The translations under genes and the position numbers were made by a program. From sequence record CM123846.1: a DNA stretch of 32,000 nt. The stretch is one strand, 5' to 3'. Below the pieces are notes generated by a model. The model had not been told where the DNA came from. It did not search any database and saw only the letters and a list, made by a program, of their open reading frames with translations. This document shows positions 18,590 to 28,679 of this stretch, piece after piece; position 1 is the stretch's first letter; every line of letters starts with the position of its first letter.

Positions 18590-21500
18590 TTAAAAAAATA
18601 ATAATTTATTAGAAATTAAACCTGTTCCAGCTGGTATAGCTTGACCAACAATGACATTTTCATGTAAGCCTTGTAGAAAGTCACATTTTTTACTTAATGC
18701 ACTTTTGATTAATACACGACTAACTTCTTGGAAACTGGCTGCTAATAAAAAACTATCGGATTGTAATACACTTTTACTAATACCTAATACAATTGGCTCA
18801 TATGTTGCTTCACGGAGCCCAATTTGTGATATTTTTCTATTAAATTTTTTAATCCAAGTATGTAAAACTAATTCGCCAGGCAATAAACCTGTTTCACCAG
18901 GTTCTAAAATACGAACTCGACTAGTCATTTGACGAACAATAACTTCAATATGTTTTTCAGAAATTTTTACGCCTTGATTGGAATAAGCATTATCAATATT
19001 TTCGACTAAAAAGGTTTGGGCTTCTAAAAAACTTTTATCGACTGCTGTTGACCAATGTTCTGTGGTTAATAATTCAAGTTCCCGTACAAAAGCAGATTTT
19101 AAACGTAAATGAACGGTATCGGATAATACTTCACCACTTTGACTTTCACGTGCTTCAAATAATTGTTCAATTTTGGGAATACCTTGAACAATATCTTCAG
19201 TTTGTAGTCGACGAGATTTTAATGTTACAATTAACTGATTTTTCTGAATTAAATCATTATGTTCAACATGAACAATGCCACGTGCTGAGATTAAAATTGG
19301 AGTTCCTAATCGTAAAATAATATTATCACGATTTTTTGTAATAAATTGTCCAGTAAAAATTGAAGCTTTAGCCTCTTCTAATGGTTCACCCCAACGAATC
19401 ATTTGGCCAAGCTTTTTCTGAATATTAGGTGATTGAACCGGAATTTTAATTAAATCAGAATTTTGTAAAACACTAATTAAATTATTTGAGTTTACCAAAT
19501 TTAATTCGCCACTATATTTAGATACAATATATCCATAACTAAATAGAGTGTTAGCTCGAATAATATTGTTATTAAATGTTGTAAATTTTAAATTTTTTGC
19601 TTGGTGTAATCCCGAATCATAATAATTATAAATATTTAAACCACGGGAAAATGAATTTTTTAAATATTTAAAGTTACAAATTAACTTGGGATATAAATTA
19701 TTTTTATTACAACAAAATTGTAATCGAGCAACCATTAATTCTGAATTTGAATAATAACCGACTTTATTTTTATTTAAAATTACTGAATTCAATTGTGGAT
19801 AAACAACTCTTTTAAGGCTAGTTTTAATTTGTTTTGAATTAACATTAAATTTGTGATTAAAAATAAACGTGGATAATAAATTTTTATATTCACTTAAAGT
19901 GATTGATGAAATCTCGTGACATTTTTTTAGTAATTTAACCGTTAAATTAGTTTGTACATTTTTATTCGATTTTGTTAATGGTAAATTTGCTTTATACCAA
20001 ACTAAATTAGTTTTGAGTCTAGTTGAAACTTTATAAAAATTTGGCGTTTGTTTTGAATAAGAAAGTCTAAATTGTGAAGCCAACAATAAATGCTTTTTTT
20101 GATACCAAGTTTTAATATTTAAAATTGGATAATCATCGAAAATAAAAGATGAAAATGGCAGAAGTGATGAATAATATTTTGGAACTAAAAAGTTCGTGAA
20201 TTCTAAATTATTTGGAATTAATTGGGGTTTTTTTAATAGATTTTGGTTTATTAGAATGGGCCAAGATTCATTTTTGTTATCAAAAATAGTATTTTTACTA
20301 TTTCTAACTATATTTTGTTCTTTCGAACATATAATAGATTTATTAGAACCAGTTGTATACTGCAAAAAAGTTTTTTTATTAATAAAAATCTTTTTATTTT
20401 GAGACGTTCGAAATTTATTTGTTCGTTGTGCAAGTTTATAATAATGACCCTGTGGTATATAATTTTTTCCAAAAATTGCCGACCAAGCTTTATTTAGAAT
20501 TGAATTTGTGTATGTAAATTCTTTGAATTTATGTGAAAATTTAAAATGATTAAAATACCAAATTAAATCACTAGTATTATTCGAATTACGTGCTTGGACA
20601 ATTAAACCTAATTGTTTAATACTCGATGTAAAAATTAAATAATTTTGCTTTTGAATAATAGATGAAATTGGTAATTTGCAAATATATAAACCAAAAGTTA
20701 TGGAATCATTAATTAATTGAAGGTATTGAGTAAAGGGTGATAAGAATTCATATATTCCAATAGTTGTATGATTTGATATCAAATCACCTGGTCTAACCAT
20801 TGACAAATTAGTTTGAATCTCTTGTTTTGGAGAATTTTTTAAAATCCAAAAACTGCCGATTTGAGACATACGACGCGTCTCAGATAAACCTAATGAATCT
20901 GAACTATTTTGATAAATTTGTGCAAATGATTTTGGAACTTGCAAGTCTGTACTAGCAATTTTTTGTTTTTCAATAATAAGATTCATTGATTCATAAAAAA
21001 TTTGACCAGTTTGTGTAGCATAAACGGGATGACTTGATTCAGGCAATTGCTGTTTTGTAACTTTAATATAAGAAGCTTGACCAATAAGACCTTTACTTGA
21101 AATAACTTCCCCTTGTTTTACAAATAGAATGCTTCCAGGTGGTAATTGTGATTCAGTTAAAGAAAAAGTTTTATTTGTTGAAGATTTTATTTCAAATAAA
21201 ATTTTATTTGCATTACTTGGAATATATTTCAACATAAAAGCAATTTTACCATTCGGGGTACGTACATAATGTCCTGGTAAAATTTCTAAAAAATTTATTT
21301 TTCCTCCATATGGTGCAAATAAAGGTTTTAATGCTTGATCAGAAAAAACACCAACTCCTCCAGTATGGAATGTACGCATTGTTAATTGTGTACCAGGTTC
21401 ACCAATAGATTGAGCAGCAATAACTCCAACAGCTTCACCAATTTGAACAACTTTTCCGGATGCTAAACTCCAGCCATAACAACATTGACAAATTGATGTA

Positions 21501-22372
21501 CGTGCACTACATGTTAATGGTGAACGAACTGGAATTTCTGAATATTCTTTACATATAGTATGTGCATCTTTAGCGGAAATTATATGATTTTTTTCAAAAA
21601 TCTTATCTTGAATAATCAATTTTTTCGCTAATACCCGCCCAATTAAGCGAGATTTTAAATTAGCGCCAGTTAATATACGATATTGATCTGTTTGGCAATT
21701 TGTAATAGATACAACTGCATGTTGGGCTGAATCAACTAATCGACGCGTTAAATAACCAGATGTAGCAGTACGTAATGCTGTATCAACTAAACCTTTTCGG
21801 GCACCATAACAAGAAATAAGGTATTCAGTAATAGTTAAGCCTTCACGAAAATTACTTTGAATTGGAAATTCTAAAATTGCACCTTGTGGATCAGCCATTA
21901 AACCCCGCATTGCAATTAATTGTCGAACTTGGGACACATTACCACGAGCGCCTGAAAAGGCCATCATATAAACAGGATTTATTGGGTTTTTTAATTTAAA
22001 ATTTTGAATTGCTGTTTGGCGAAGTTTATCACTTGTTTGATTCCAAATTTCAATTAAAGATTGCGATTTTTCAACACTTGTTAATAAACCTTGATTATTT
22101 AATTGCTCAATTTGTTTATTTTCCAATTGACTTTGTGTAATTAAAGTTGGTTTTTCAGGTGGAATTTGAAGATCTTCAATTCCTAATGAAATACCAGCAA
22201 CAGTTGCTTGATGAAAACCATTTAATTTTAATTGTTCTAAAAATTTTATTGTTTTTCGTTCACCATAATTTTTTAAAAACCAAGAAACTAAATTTTTGAC
22301 TTGGTTTTTATCAAAACAGGCATTAAAAAAAATCACTTTATTGTGATTTGTATTAAAATCAAGTAAATTCAT
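18590..22372 (-). CDS. rpoC2: RNA polymerase beta'' subunit
   Basis: 1260 aa. The N-terminal region (MMAFSGARGN, RGLMADPQG, GEAVGVIAAQSIGEPGTQLTMRTFHTGG) and the C-terminal region (DIVQGIPKIEQLFEAR, VIVRQMTS..., GLHENVIVGQAIPAGTG) are conserved. The central region is N/K/S-rich and poorly conserved. Confidence 0.97.
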   Translation of the reverse strand: MNLLDFNTNHNKVIFFNACFDKNQVKNLVSWFLKNYGERKTIKFLEQLKLNGFHQATVAGISLGIEDLQIPPEKPTLITQSQLENKQIEQLNNQGLLTSVEKSQSLIEIWNQTSDKLRQTAIQNFKLKNPINPVYMMAFSGARGNVSQVRQLIAMRGLMADPQGAILEFPIQSNFREGLTITEYLISCYGARKGLVDTALRTATSGYLTRRLVDSAQHAVVSITNCQTDQYRILTGANLKSRLIGRVLAKKLIIQDKIFEKNHIISAKDAHTICKEYSEIPVRSPLTCSARTSICQCCYGWSLASGKVVQIGEAVGVIAAQSIGEPGTQLTMRTFHTGGVGVFSDQALKPLFAPYGGKINFLEILPGHYVRTPNGKIAFMLKYIPSNANKILFEIKSSTNKTFSLTESQLPPGSILFVKQGEVISSKGLIGQASYIKVTKQQLPESSHPVYATQTGQIFYESMNLIIEKQKIASTDLQVPKSFAQIYQNSSDSLGLSETRRMSQIGSFWILKNSPKQEIQTNLSMVRPGDLISNHTTIGIYEFLSPFTQYLQLINDSITFGLYICKLPISSIIQKQNYLIFTSSIKQLGLIVQARNSNNTSDLIWYFNHFKFSHKFKEFTYTNSILNKAWSAIFGKNYIPQGHYYKLAQRTNKFRTSQNKKIFINKKTFLQYTTGSNKSIICSKEQNIVRNSKNTIFDNKNESWPILINQNLLKKPQLIPNNLEFTNFLVPKYYSSLLPFSSFIFDDYPILNIKTWYQKKHLLLASQFRLSYSKQTPNFYKVSTRLKTNLVWYKANLPLTKSNKNVQTNLTVKLLKKCHEISSITLSEYKNLLSTFIFNHKFNVNSKQIKTSLKRVVYPQLNSVILNKNKVGYYSNSELMVARLQFCCNKNNLYPKLICNFKYLKNSFSRGLNIYNYYDSGLHQAKNLKFTTFNNNIIRANTLFSYGYIVSKYSGELNLVNSNNLISVLQNSDLIKIPVQSPNIQKKLGQMIRWGEPLEEAKASIFTGQFITKNRDNIILRLGTPILISARGIVHVEHNDLIQKNQLIVTLKSRRLQTEDIVQGIPKIEQLFEARESQSGEVLSDTVHLRLKSAFVRELELLTTEHWSTAVDKSFLEAQTFLVENIDNAYSNQGVKISEKHIEVIVRQMTSRVRILEPGETGLLPGELVLHTWIKKFNRKISQIGLREATYEPIVLGISKSVLQSDSFLLAASFQEVSRVLIKSALSKKCDFLQGLHENVIVGQAIPAGTGLISNKLLFF

Positions 22373-22403
22373 AATGGATAAAAAATAATCTTTTAAAAAG
22401 ATT

Positions 22404-24632
22404 TTAGCTATAAATTAAATTATTCATTAGTACACGACCAGCAGTTGTTCTATAAAAATAACTTGGTGTTAATGAACTTTTGGATTCATGCACTATATAT
22501 GTTTCTTGAAAATAAGTATATTTATTTCCATTTTTCATTAATCGAATCTCTAAGGGTTTATTTAATTCTTTTGATTGTTTTTCGCCAATTAATGTTTGAA
22601 CTGGAAAATTTAATTTTATCCAAATTGGAGTATGTGTATGGATTTTATTACTTTGATAATCGGCAAGAATTTCTGAAATGGTAGAATACCAAATATTGAA
22701 TTTTAAAGATTGTTCTTTTTGAAATTTGTTGTATTTTAATAATGTTAAATAATAACAACCAAGAACCATATCTTGGGTAGGTAAAAGTAATGGTTGCCCA
22801 GAAGCTGGTGATAATAAATGATTACATGATAAAAGCAAATTAAAAGTTTCAGCACGAGCACTTGTTGATAATGGAATATGAACCGCCATTTGATCTCCAT
22901 CAAAATCAGCATTAAAAGCTGGACAAACAAGTGGGTGTAATAGAATTGCTTTACCTTCAACAAGTTTTGGAATAAAAGCTTGAATACCTAAACGATGTAA
23001 AGTAGGAGCTCGATTTAATAAAATGGGATGACTTTGCATAATTTCACGTAATAAAACCCAAATAATTGGTTTTCGTTCCATAATGATAGCTTTTGCACCA
23101 ATTGTTGTAAAAGCCATTCCTTTATTACGTAATCGCTGAATTAGAAATGGTTGAAATAATTCAATAGCCATCTGTTTAGGTAATCCACATTCATGGATTT
23201 TTAATTCTGGACCAACAACAATTACAGACCTACCTGAATAATCAACTCGTTTTCCTAATAAATGTTGACGAAATCGACCACGTTTACCTTTTAATGCATC
23301 TAATAAAGATTTTGTTACTTTACCTGAATCAACTTTTCCTGTTTTTAATAATGCATCGACTGATTCTTGTACTTGGCGTAAGTTATAACACCAAGAAGCC
23401 CAACTACCACTTAAAGCAGTATCAAAAATACTAAATTGAGTTCTGTTTATTAATCGACGGTTTCTTGTTAAAACTTTACGATAAAGACTATTTAAGTCAG
23501 AAATAACTAGTTCTCCTCGAATTGAAGTAATTGGGCGTAAACCCGGTGGAAGAACTGGTAGATAACTTAAAATCATCCATGCTAATTGTGTATTTGATTT
23601 ATAAAAATCACGAAAATAAGTAATGCGACGTAATAATTTTTTTTCTAATTCTTTAAATCGTGTTATTTCAAGTTGAACTTTAGTTTTTTCCAACTTGGGT
23701 AACCAAGTCATTTCGATACGTTCTTTTAAAAAATTAATTGATTGTTTTACTTCATTAATATCTAATGCTAATTGTTGTTGTAAACCAATTAAATCATAAT
23801 ATGATAATATTTTTTGGAATACAACTCCACCGGTTTGGATGGGATAATAATTACTATGTTTTGGAACACTTTTTAATGCAAAATTTTGAGTTTTATTATT
23901 AAAAGAATAATATGGATTAACAATGTCGTCGACTTGTGGTTGATCCCACATATACACTAAAAAATCTTGTAAATCTTCTACTTGTCGCCAAGTAGCATCA
24001 TAACATAATCCATAAATACGAATTTCAAAATATTTATTATATTGCTGTAAATTAAAAAATTGTTGATTCTTACTTTTATGTGTAAATAAGCGTGGTTTAT
24101 CCTTAACTTGAATTTTTGATTTATCCAAATGACTTTTTTTAAAGTCCACTTTAATATTCATCTCCGATGAAAAATACTTCAATGTATTTGGTAGATGAAT
24201 AAATTCTGTTCCATATAATACACCTTGGAGTTTTTTATTAGGCCAACTTAAACATAAACCAAGGGGTGATGGTTTTTGAATAGAATATAACGTATGAGCC
24301 ATTGGTTGATTTAAAGCAATATAACCCATTCTATATCTTCTAGTTAATGATTTTGTTCTTTCTACCCCACAGCGTGGACAAACACCCCCATTTACTTTTG
24401 TTGTTTTTTTGCCACAAGCACAAGTATAATCAGAAATTGGGCCAAAAATTTTTTGGCAAAATAAACCATTTGGTTCGGGTTTTAATGTTTTATAATTAAC
24501 TGTTTCCCAACTTGTTACTTGACCAACTATTTCACCGGTTGGTAAAAAACGCTCCGCCCAAGATTTGATTTCTTTAGGCGAAGCTAAACCTATTTCTAAA
24601 TGTTGAAATTTACGACCATTTGTTTGATACAT
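22404..24632 (-). CDS. rpoC1: RNA polymerase beta' subunit (N-terminal part, gamma-like)
   Basis: 742 aa. It has a Zn-finger CACGKK...CPRCGV, the catalytic motif NADFDGDQMAVH (nt 22887-22913 cover NADFDGDQM) and RAPTLHRLGIQAF. Confidence 0.98.
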   Translation of the reverse strand: MYQTNGRKFQHLEIGLASPKEIKSWAERFLPTGEIVGQVTSWETVNYKTLKPEPNGLFCQKIFGPISDYTCACGKKTTKVNGGVCPRCGVERTKSLTRRYRMGYIALNQPMAHTLYSIQKPSPLGLCLSWPNKKLQGVLYGTEFIHLPNTLKYFSSEMNIKVDFKKSHLDKSKIQVKDKPRLFTHKSKNQQFFNLQQYNKYFEIRIYGLCYDATWRQVEDLQDFLVYMWDQPQVDDIVNPYYSFNNKTQNFALKSVPKHSNYYPIQTGGVVFQKILSYYDLIGLQQQLALDINEVKQSINFLKERIEMTWLPKLEKTKVQLEITRFKELEKKLLRRITYFRDFYKSNTQLAWMILSYLPVLPPGLRPITSIRGELVISDLNSLYRKVLTRNRRLINRTQFSIFDTALSGSWASWCYNLRQVQESVDALLKTGKVDSGKVTKSLLDALKGKRGRFRQHLLGKRVDYSGRSVIVVGPELKIHECGLPKQMAIELFQPFLIQRLRNKGMAFTTIGAKAIIMERKPIIWVLLREIMQSHPILLNRAPTLHRLGIQAFIPKLVEGKAILLHPLVCPAFNADFDGDQMAVHIPLSTSARAETFNLLLSCNHLLSPASGQPLLLPTQDMVLGCYYLTLLKYNKFQKEQSLKFNIWYSTISEILADYQSNKIHTHTPIWIKLNFPVQTLIGEKQSKELNKPLEIRLMKNGNKYTYFQETYIVHESKSSLTPSYFYRTTAGRVLMNNLIYS

Positions 24633-24668
24633 TGTTTTTCGATTTTTTTGTTTTCTAAAAATTAGAAA

Positions 24669-27600
24669 CTACTTATTATTTGTTCCTAAACTTTCAATTT
24701 GATTAAAATCTATTGTTTGTAGTAATCCTGTATTTTTCTGGATTCCAAATAATTTTAAGTCAAAACAAAGCGCTTGTAGTTCACGAATTAAAACTCTGAA
24801 GCTTTCAGGTGTTCCAAATTCAATTGGTTGATTTGTATGAATTTGAAAAGCTGCTTCTACACGACCTCGAACATCATCTGATTTAATTGTTAAAAATTCT
24901 TGTAAAATTGTAGCTGCTCCATATGCTTGTAATGCCCAAACTTCCATTTCCCCTAATCTTTGACCACCATTACGCGATCTACCACGAACTGGTTGTTGAG
25001 TAATAGCAGAATACGGTCCAGTTGAACGTGCATGTAGTTTATCATCAACTAAATGGACAAGTTTTAACATGTAAGTACATCCAACCGTAATAGGTTGGTC
25101 AAAAGTTGTTCCTGTTCGCCCATCAAATAATTTAATTTTACCTGGATGATGTGGTTCAAATAACCAGTTCTGGCCGCTCTTTAATGATGCTTCAAATAAT
25201 TTTGAATAAACAAAACTACGTGACGATTCAGAACCATATTTTTCATCAAATAAATTAATTAGATAAGATTCATTTAAGTATGTTCCAGCTAAACCTAATA
25301 AACATTCTAAAATCTGACCTACATTCATTCGAGAGGGTACACCTAAAGGATTTAATACAATATCAACTGGTCGGCCATCTGGTAAATATGGCATATCATA
25401 TGCTGGAATTATATTTGAAACAATCCCTTTATTCCCATGTCGTCCAGCCATTTTATCGCCAACCTGAATACGACGTTTATGTAATAATGCTACACGAACA
25501 CGTAAAATTGCATCTTTAGGTGCAATTGCAATAACTTCTGCTTCTTTCGGTGGTAAAATATTTATATCAAAAACAAATCCTTCTACACCTTTTGGAACAC
25601 GTAAACTTGTATCACGCACATTTTTTTGTTCTGAACTTAATTGATTATCACGTTCCATTAGTACGTTATATAATTTTTCATATTGTTGTTGAACAGACTG
25701 AATTTTTTGACTAGTCGGTGTAATTTTACCAATTAAATAATCACCTTCTTTTACCCACGTTCCAATTGGAATAAAACCATTTGGTTTAAGTCTTTGAATA
25801 CGTAATATTTCTTCTTCTGATTCTGTAAACTCAATTGGAATTTGATTTGTAATTTGTTCTAATCCATATTGTGTATTTTTTACTTCAATTTCATAATAAT
25901 CTAAATGTAATGATGTAAATATATCTTCATTTACTAAACGATCACTAATTAAAATAGCATCCTCAAAATTATAACCTTCCCATGGTAAATAAGCGACTAA
26001 AATATTTTTTCCTAATGCAATTTTACCTTCTGCACTTGCTGCGCCATCAGCTAAAATATCTGCTTTTTGAATCCAATTTCCACTTTTGACAATTGGGCGT
26101 TGGTACTTGACGGTACTTTGATTTGTTCGTTTATATTGTTCTAACAAAATCCGTTTCGTTAAATTTGCTTTAATCGAATTTGAATTCACATTTGATACTG
26201 AAGTAGAAAGCGACTTTCGTAATTCTGTAATAGCTGAGAATTTGAATTTTAGATTTTTTTGTAAAGATTTCTTATTTAAGTTATTAGCATGAAACGGAGG
26301 TAAATATTTATGAATATTGGTTGATTTAAAAATTGATGGAGTTGAATTTAATGGTAATGAATTTGGAATAAAAATATCAATTGATTTGCCACTAACATTT
26401 GTAATATATCCTGATAAATTACTATTTAACGAATGCTGAATATCAGAAATTACACGACTTTCTAACCCAGTTTGAACATAAGCAGTTTCTGGTCGAATTA
26501 GTGGAACTGCTTGGCGTTGCATATTAGATCCCATTAATGCACGGTTTGCATCATCATGTTCTAAAAATGGAATCAAACTTGTTGCAATTGATATCATCTG
26601 TAATGTATCAACCGATTGGTTAGTAATATCCTTATAATCTGAATAATCAAATTTTCGATTTTTTCGAGTCGGAAGTTGGAGTCTTGGTAACATACCCGTA
26701 CCCGAACATGTAATATCTGCTGGTGCAATTGAATAATTTACTTCATTAAATGGAATATTATAAATAGGGTTTAAAAACTGTTGAACTTGTCCTTTATATA
26801 CTTGAAAAAATGGTGTTTCAATTGACCCCAATTTATTTGGGCGAGCAAAAACTGTTAACGAATTAACTAAACCTGCATTTTGGCCTTCTGGCGTTTCAAT
26901 TGGACATAAACGCCCATAATACGTCGGGTGAATACCACGAATTTGAATCGTTGTTTGTTTACTACTTACTCCCCCTGGTCCTAATACAGTAATACGACGT
27001 TTATGAGTAATTTCTGCTAAAGGATTTGTTTCATCTAGGAATTGTGCTAAAGTTCCACTTGTAAAAAAGCTTTTCCAAGATTTACTTACACACTTTGATA
27101 AATTTGATTTTTGTAATTTCCATACAATTTCAGAATCATTTTGTATGGATAAATTTAATTTGCGACTCATAACAATTTCAAATTCACGTATTCCACGAAC
27201 TAGTTGATCTTGTAATAATTCACCACAACCACGAATACGTTTATTCGATAAACTATCAATATCATCACCTTCAATTTCACCAGAAATTAATTTCAATAAA
27301 GCATTTGTTGCATAAACTAAATCATCACCACATAATAATGTTGAATTAGAAGAAATAGTACTATTAAATTTATATTTAAATTGTTGACGGCCAATATAAC
27401 CTAAGTCACGGTTTTTTGGATTCCACAAAATTGAAGTAAAAAATTCTTGTGCAGTTTCTGAAGTTACAACTTGATCGCGACCTAACGTTGTATATTCTTG
27501 AATATGCGCATATATATAACGAATTGCTTCAATGCGAGTTTGTGGGTGAGAATTTAATTTTGCTCGTTCTAAAATTCGACCATGACGTGTTTTTTCTTGC

Positions 27601-28283
27601 GTTTTTTGATCACGAATAAAACTAAATTGAAGCATTTGTGAATGTTCAATTCTTGCACATAATTCGGAAATTGAAATACCAAGCGCTTGTAAAAAAATTA
27701 TTAATGAAATTTTACGACGTAATAGTCGAGTTGTAATCCATAATCGATTTTTTTTATCAATAGTTATATTTAACCAACTACCTTGTTCTGGAACTATACG
27801 AATAGTTGGAACACGGGTACGTGAATCATTTGGAAGGATATATATTCCTGGATTTCGTACCATTTGATATAATACAATTCGTGGAATTCCATTAATAATA
27901 AAATGTCCACTTGGAGTCATTAATGGTAAGAAACCTAATAATAACCACTCAACTTTAGATTTTTTCCATTGAGTACTTGAAATAACAGCTGGAATATAAA
28001 CTGAACAGCCATAAGTTTTACCTGAAAAAAGCGAATTTTGTTCTTTATCATCTGGCGTACGGAATTGTAATTTTTCGGGCAAAAATTTAATTTTTAGTGA
28101 ATGAATGCCATAAGAACAATTTACAGGCGTATTTTCATTTAACCCAATTTGGATTCCTTGAATTAAAAATTTTTGGAAACTCCCGTATTGTAATGAAACT
28201 AAATCTGGTATAATCGGCTTTGGTAATTTTTTTTTTTTAATAATTTTATTATTAGACATAGTAGATTCAAATGTATGGACCAT
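24669..28283 (-). CDS. rpoB: RNA polymerase beta subunit
   Basis: 1204 aa with conserved GKITPT..., MAGRHGNKGIVS, NPLGVPSRMNVGQ and GGQRLGEMEVWAL segments. The start is ambiguous between the ATG at 28283 and the ATG at 28259 (MSNNK...). The stop codon is TAG. Confidence 0.97.
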   Translation of the reverse strand: MVHTFESTMSNNKIIKKKKLPKPIIPDLVSLQYGSFQKFLIQGIQIGLNENTPVNCSYGIHSLKIKFLPEKLQFRTPDDKEQNSLFSGKTYGCSVYIPAVISSTQWKKSKVEWLLLGFLPLMTPSGHFIINGIPRIVLYQMVRNPGIYILPNDSRTRVPTIRIVPEQGSWLNITIDKKNRLWITTRLLRRKISLIIFLQALGISISELCARIEHSQMLQFSFIRDQKTQEKTRHGRILERAKLNSHPQTRIEAIRYIYAHIQEYTTLGRDQVVTSETAQEFFTSILWNPKNRDLGYIGRQQFKYKFNSTISSNSTLLCGDDLVYATNALLKLISGEIEGDDIDSLSNKRIRGCGELLQDQLVRGIREFEIVMSRKLNLSIQNDSEIVWKLQKSNLSKCVSKSWKSFFTSGTLAQFLDETNPLAEITHKRRITVLGPGGVSSKQTTIQIRGIHPTYYGRLCPIETPEGQNAGLVNSLTVFARPNKLGSIETPFFQVYKGQVQQFLNPIYNIPFNEVNYSIAPADITCSGTGMLPRLQLPTRKNRKFDYSDYKDITNQSVDTLQMISIATSLIPFLEHDDANRALMGSNMQRQAVPLIRPETAYVQTGLESRVISDIQHSLNSNLSGYITNVSGKSIDIFIPNSLPLNSTPSIFKSTNIHKYLPPFHANNLNKKSLQKNLKFKFSAITELRKSLSTSVSNVNSNSIKANLTKRILLEQYKRTNQSTVKYQRPIVKSGNWIQKADILADGAASAEGKIALGKNILVAYLPWEGYNFEDAILISDRLVNEDIFTSLHLDYYEIEVKNTQYGLEQITNQIPIEFTESEEEILRIQRLKPNGFIPIGTWVKEGDYLIGKITPTSQKIQSVQQQYEKLYNVLMERDNQLSSEQKNVRDTSLRVPKGVEGFVFDINILPPKEAEVIAIAPKDAILRVRVALLHKRRIQVGDKMAGRHGNKGIVSNIIPAYDMPYLPDGRPVDIVLNPLGVPSRMNVGQILECLLGLAGTYLNESYLINLFDEKYGSESSRSFVYSKLFEASLKSGQNWLFEPHHPGKIKLFDGRTGTTFDQPITVGCTYMLKLVHLVDDKLHARSTGPYSAITQQPVRGRSRNGGQRLGEMEVWALQAYGAATILQEFLTIKSDDVRGRVEAAFQIHTNQPIEFGTPESFRVLIRELQALCFDLKLFGIQKNTGLLQTIDFNQIESLGTNNK

Positions 28284-28366
28284 CCTGAAAAATTTGTTAT
28301 ACTAATGATTAAATATCGTTAATCTATACAATTTTAGTAAAATAGGTTCGATATATATATTTCAGA

Positions 28367-28438
28367 GGCGGTATAGCCAAGTGGTAAGGCCGTGGATTGC
28401 AAATCCTCTATTCCCCAGTTCGAATCTGGGTGCCGCCT
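28367..28438 (+). tRNA. trnC: tRNA-Cys (GCA)
   Basis: GGCGGTATAGCCAAGTGGTAAGGCCGTGGATTGCAAATCCTCTATTCCCCAGTTCGAATCTGGGTGCCGCCT. The anticodon loop is TTGCAAA. Confidence 0.93.
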
Positions 28439-28617
28439 ATTAAATAAATGAATTTAAAGTATTTTATTAACAAAAAAAATGAGATTCACAATTCTCATGT
28501 TATATTCAACCCATAATGTTGCTACTTTTCAGTCCTCACATGATTCTGAATCAAATGACATAGAATATGAACCTCATTTATCATCCTATCATGATGATAC
28601 GTTATTGTCGATATCTT

Positions 28618-28653
28618 TTTATGTATCTCTTTATTGAAAGAGAGATACATAAA
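28618..28653 (-). terminator. Distal 3' stem-loop downstream of petD
   Basis: Perfect 13-bp inverted repeat TTTATGTATCTCT / AGAGATACATAAA, extendable by a G-U pair plus an A-U pair. Confidence 0.5.
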
Positions 28654-28657
28654 CTAT

Positions 28658-28677
28658 ATAAGTTCAGGTGAACTTAT
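28658..28677 (-). terminator. Proximal 3' palindrome, 2 nt past the petD stop
   Basis: ATAAGTTCA gg TGAACTTAT, a 20-nt perfect palindrome. Confidence 0.45.
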
Positions 28678-28679
28678 TA

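Noticed and set aside
18651-20497. Four plus-strand ORFs (93, 90, 68 and 60 aa).
   Set aside because: All are antisense to rpoC2. They are low-complexity products of AT-rich sequence.
22445-22963. A plus-strand 79-aa ORF and a minus-strand 72-aa alternate-frame ORF.
   Set aside because: Both lie inside rpoC1, one antisense and one out of frame, across its conserved C-terminal part. Neither has independent support.
25280-25519. 79-aa plus-strand ORF.
   Set aside because: It is antisense to a conserved region of rpoB.
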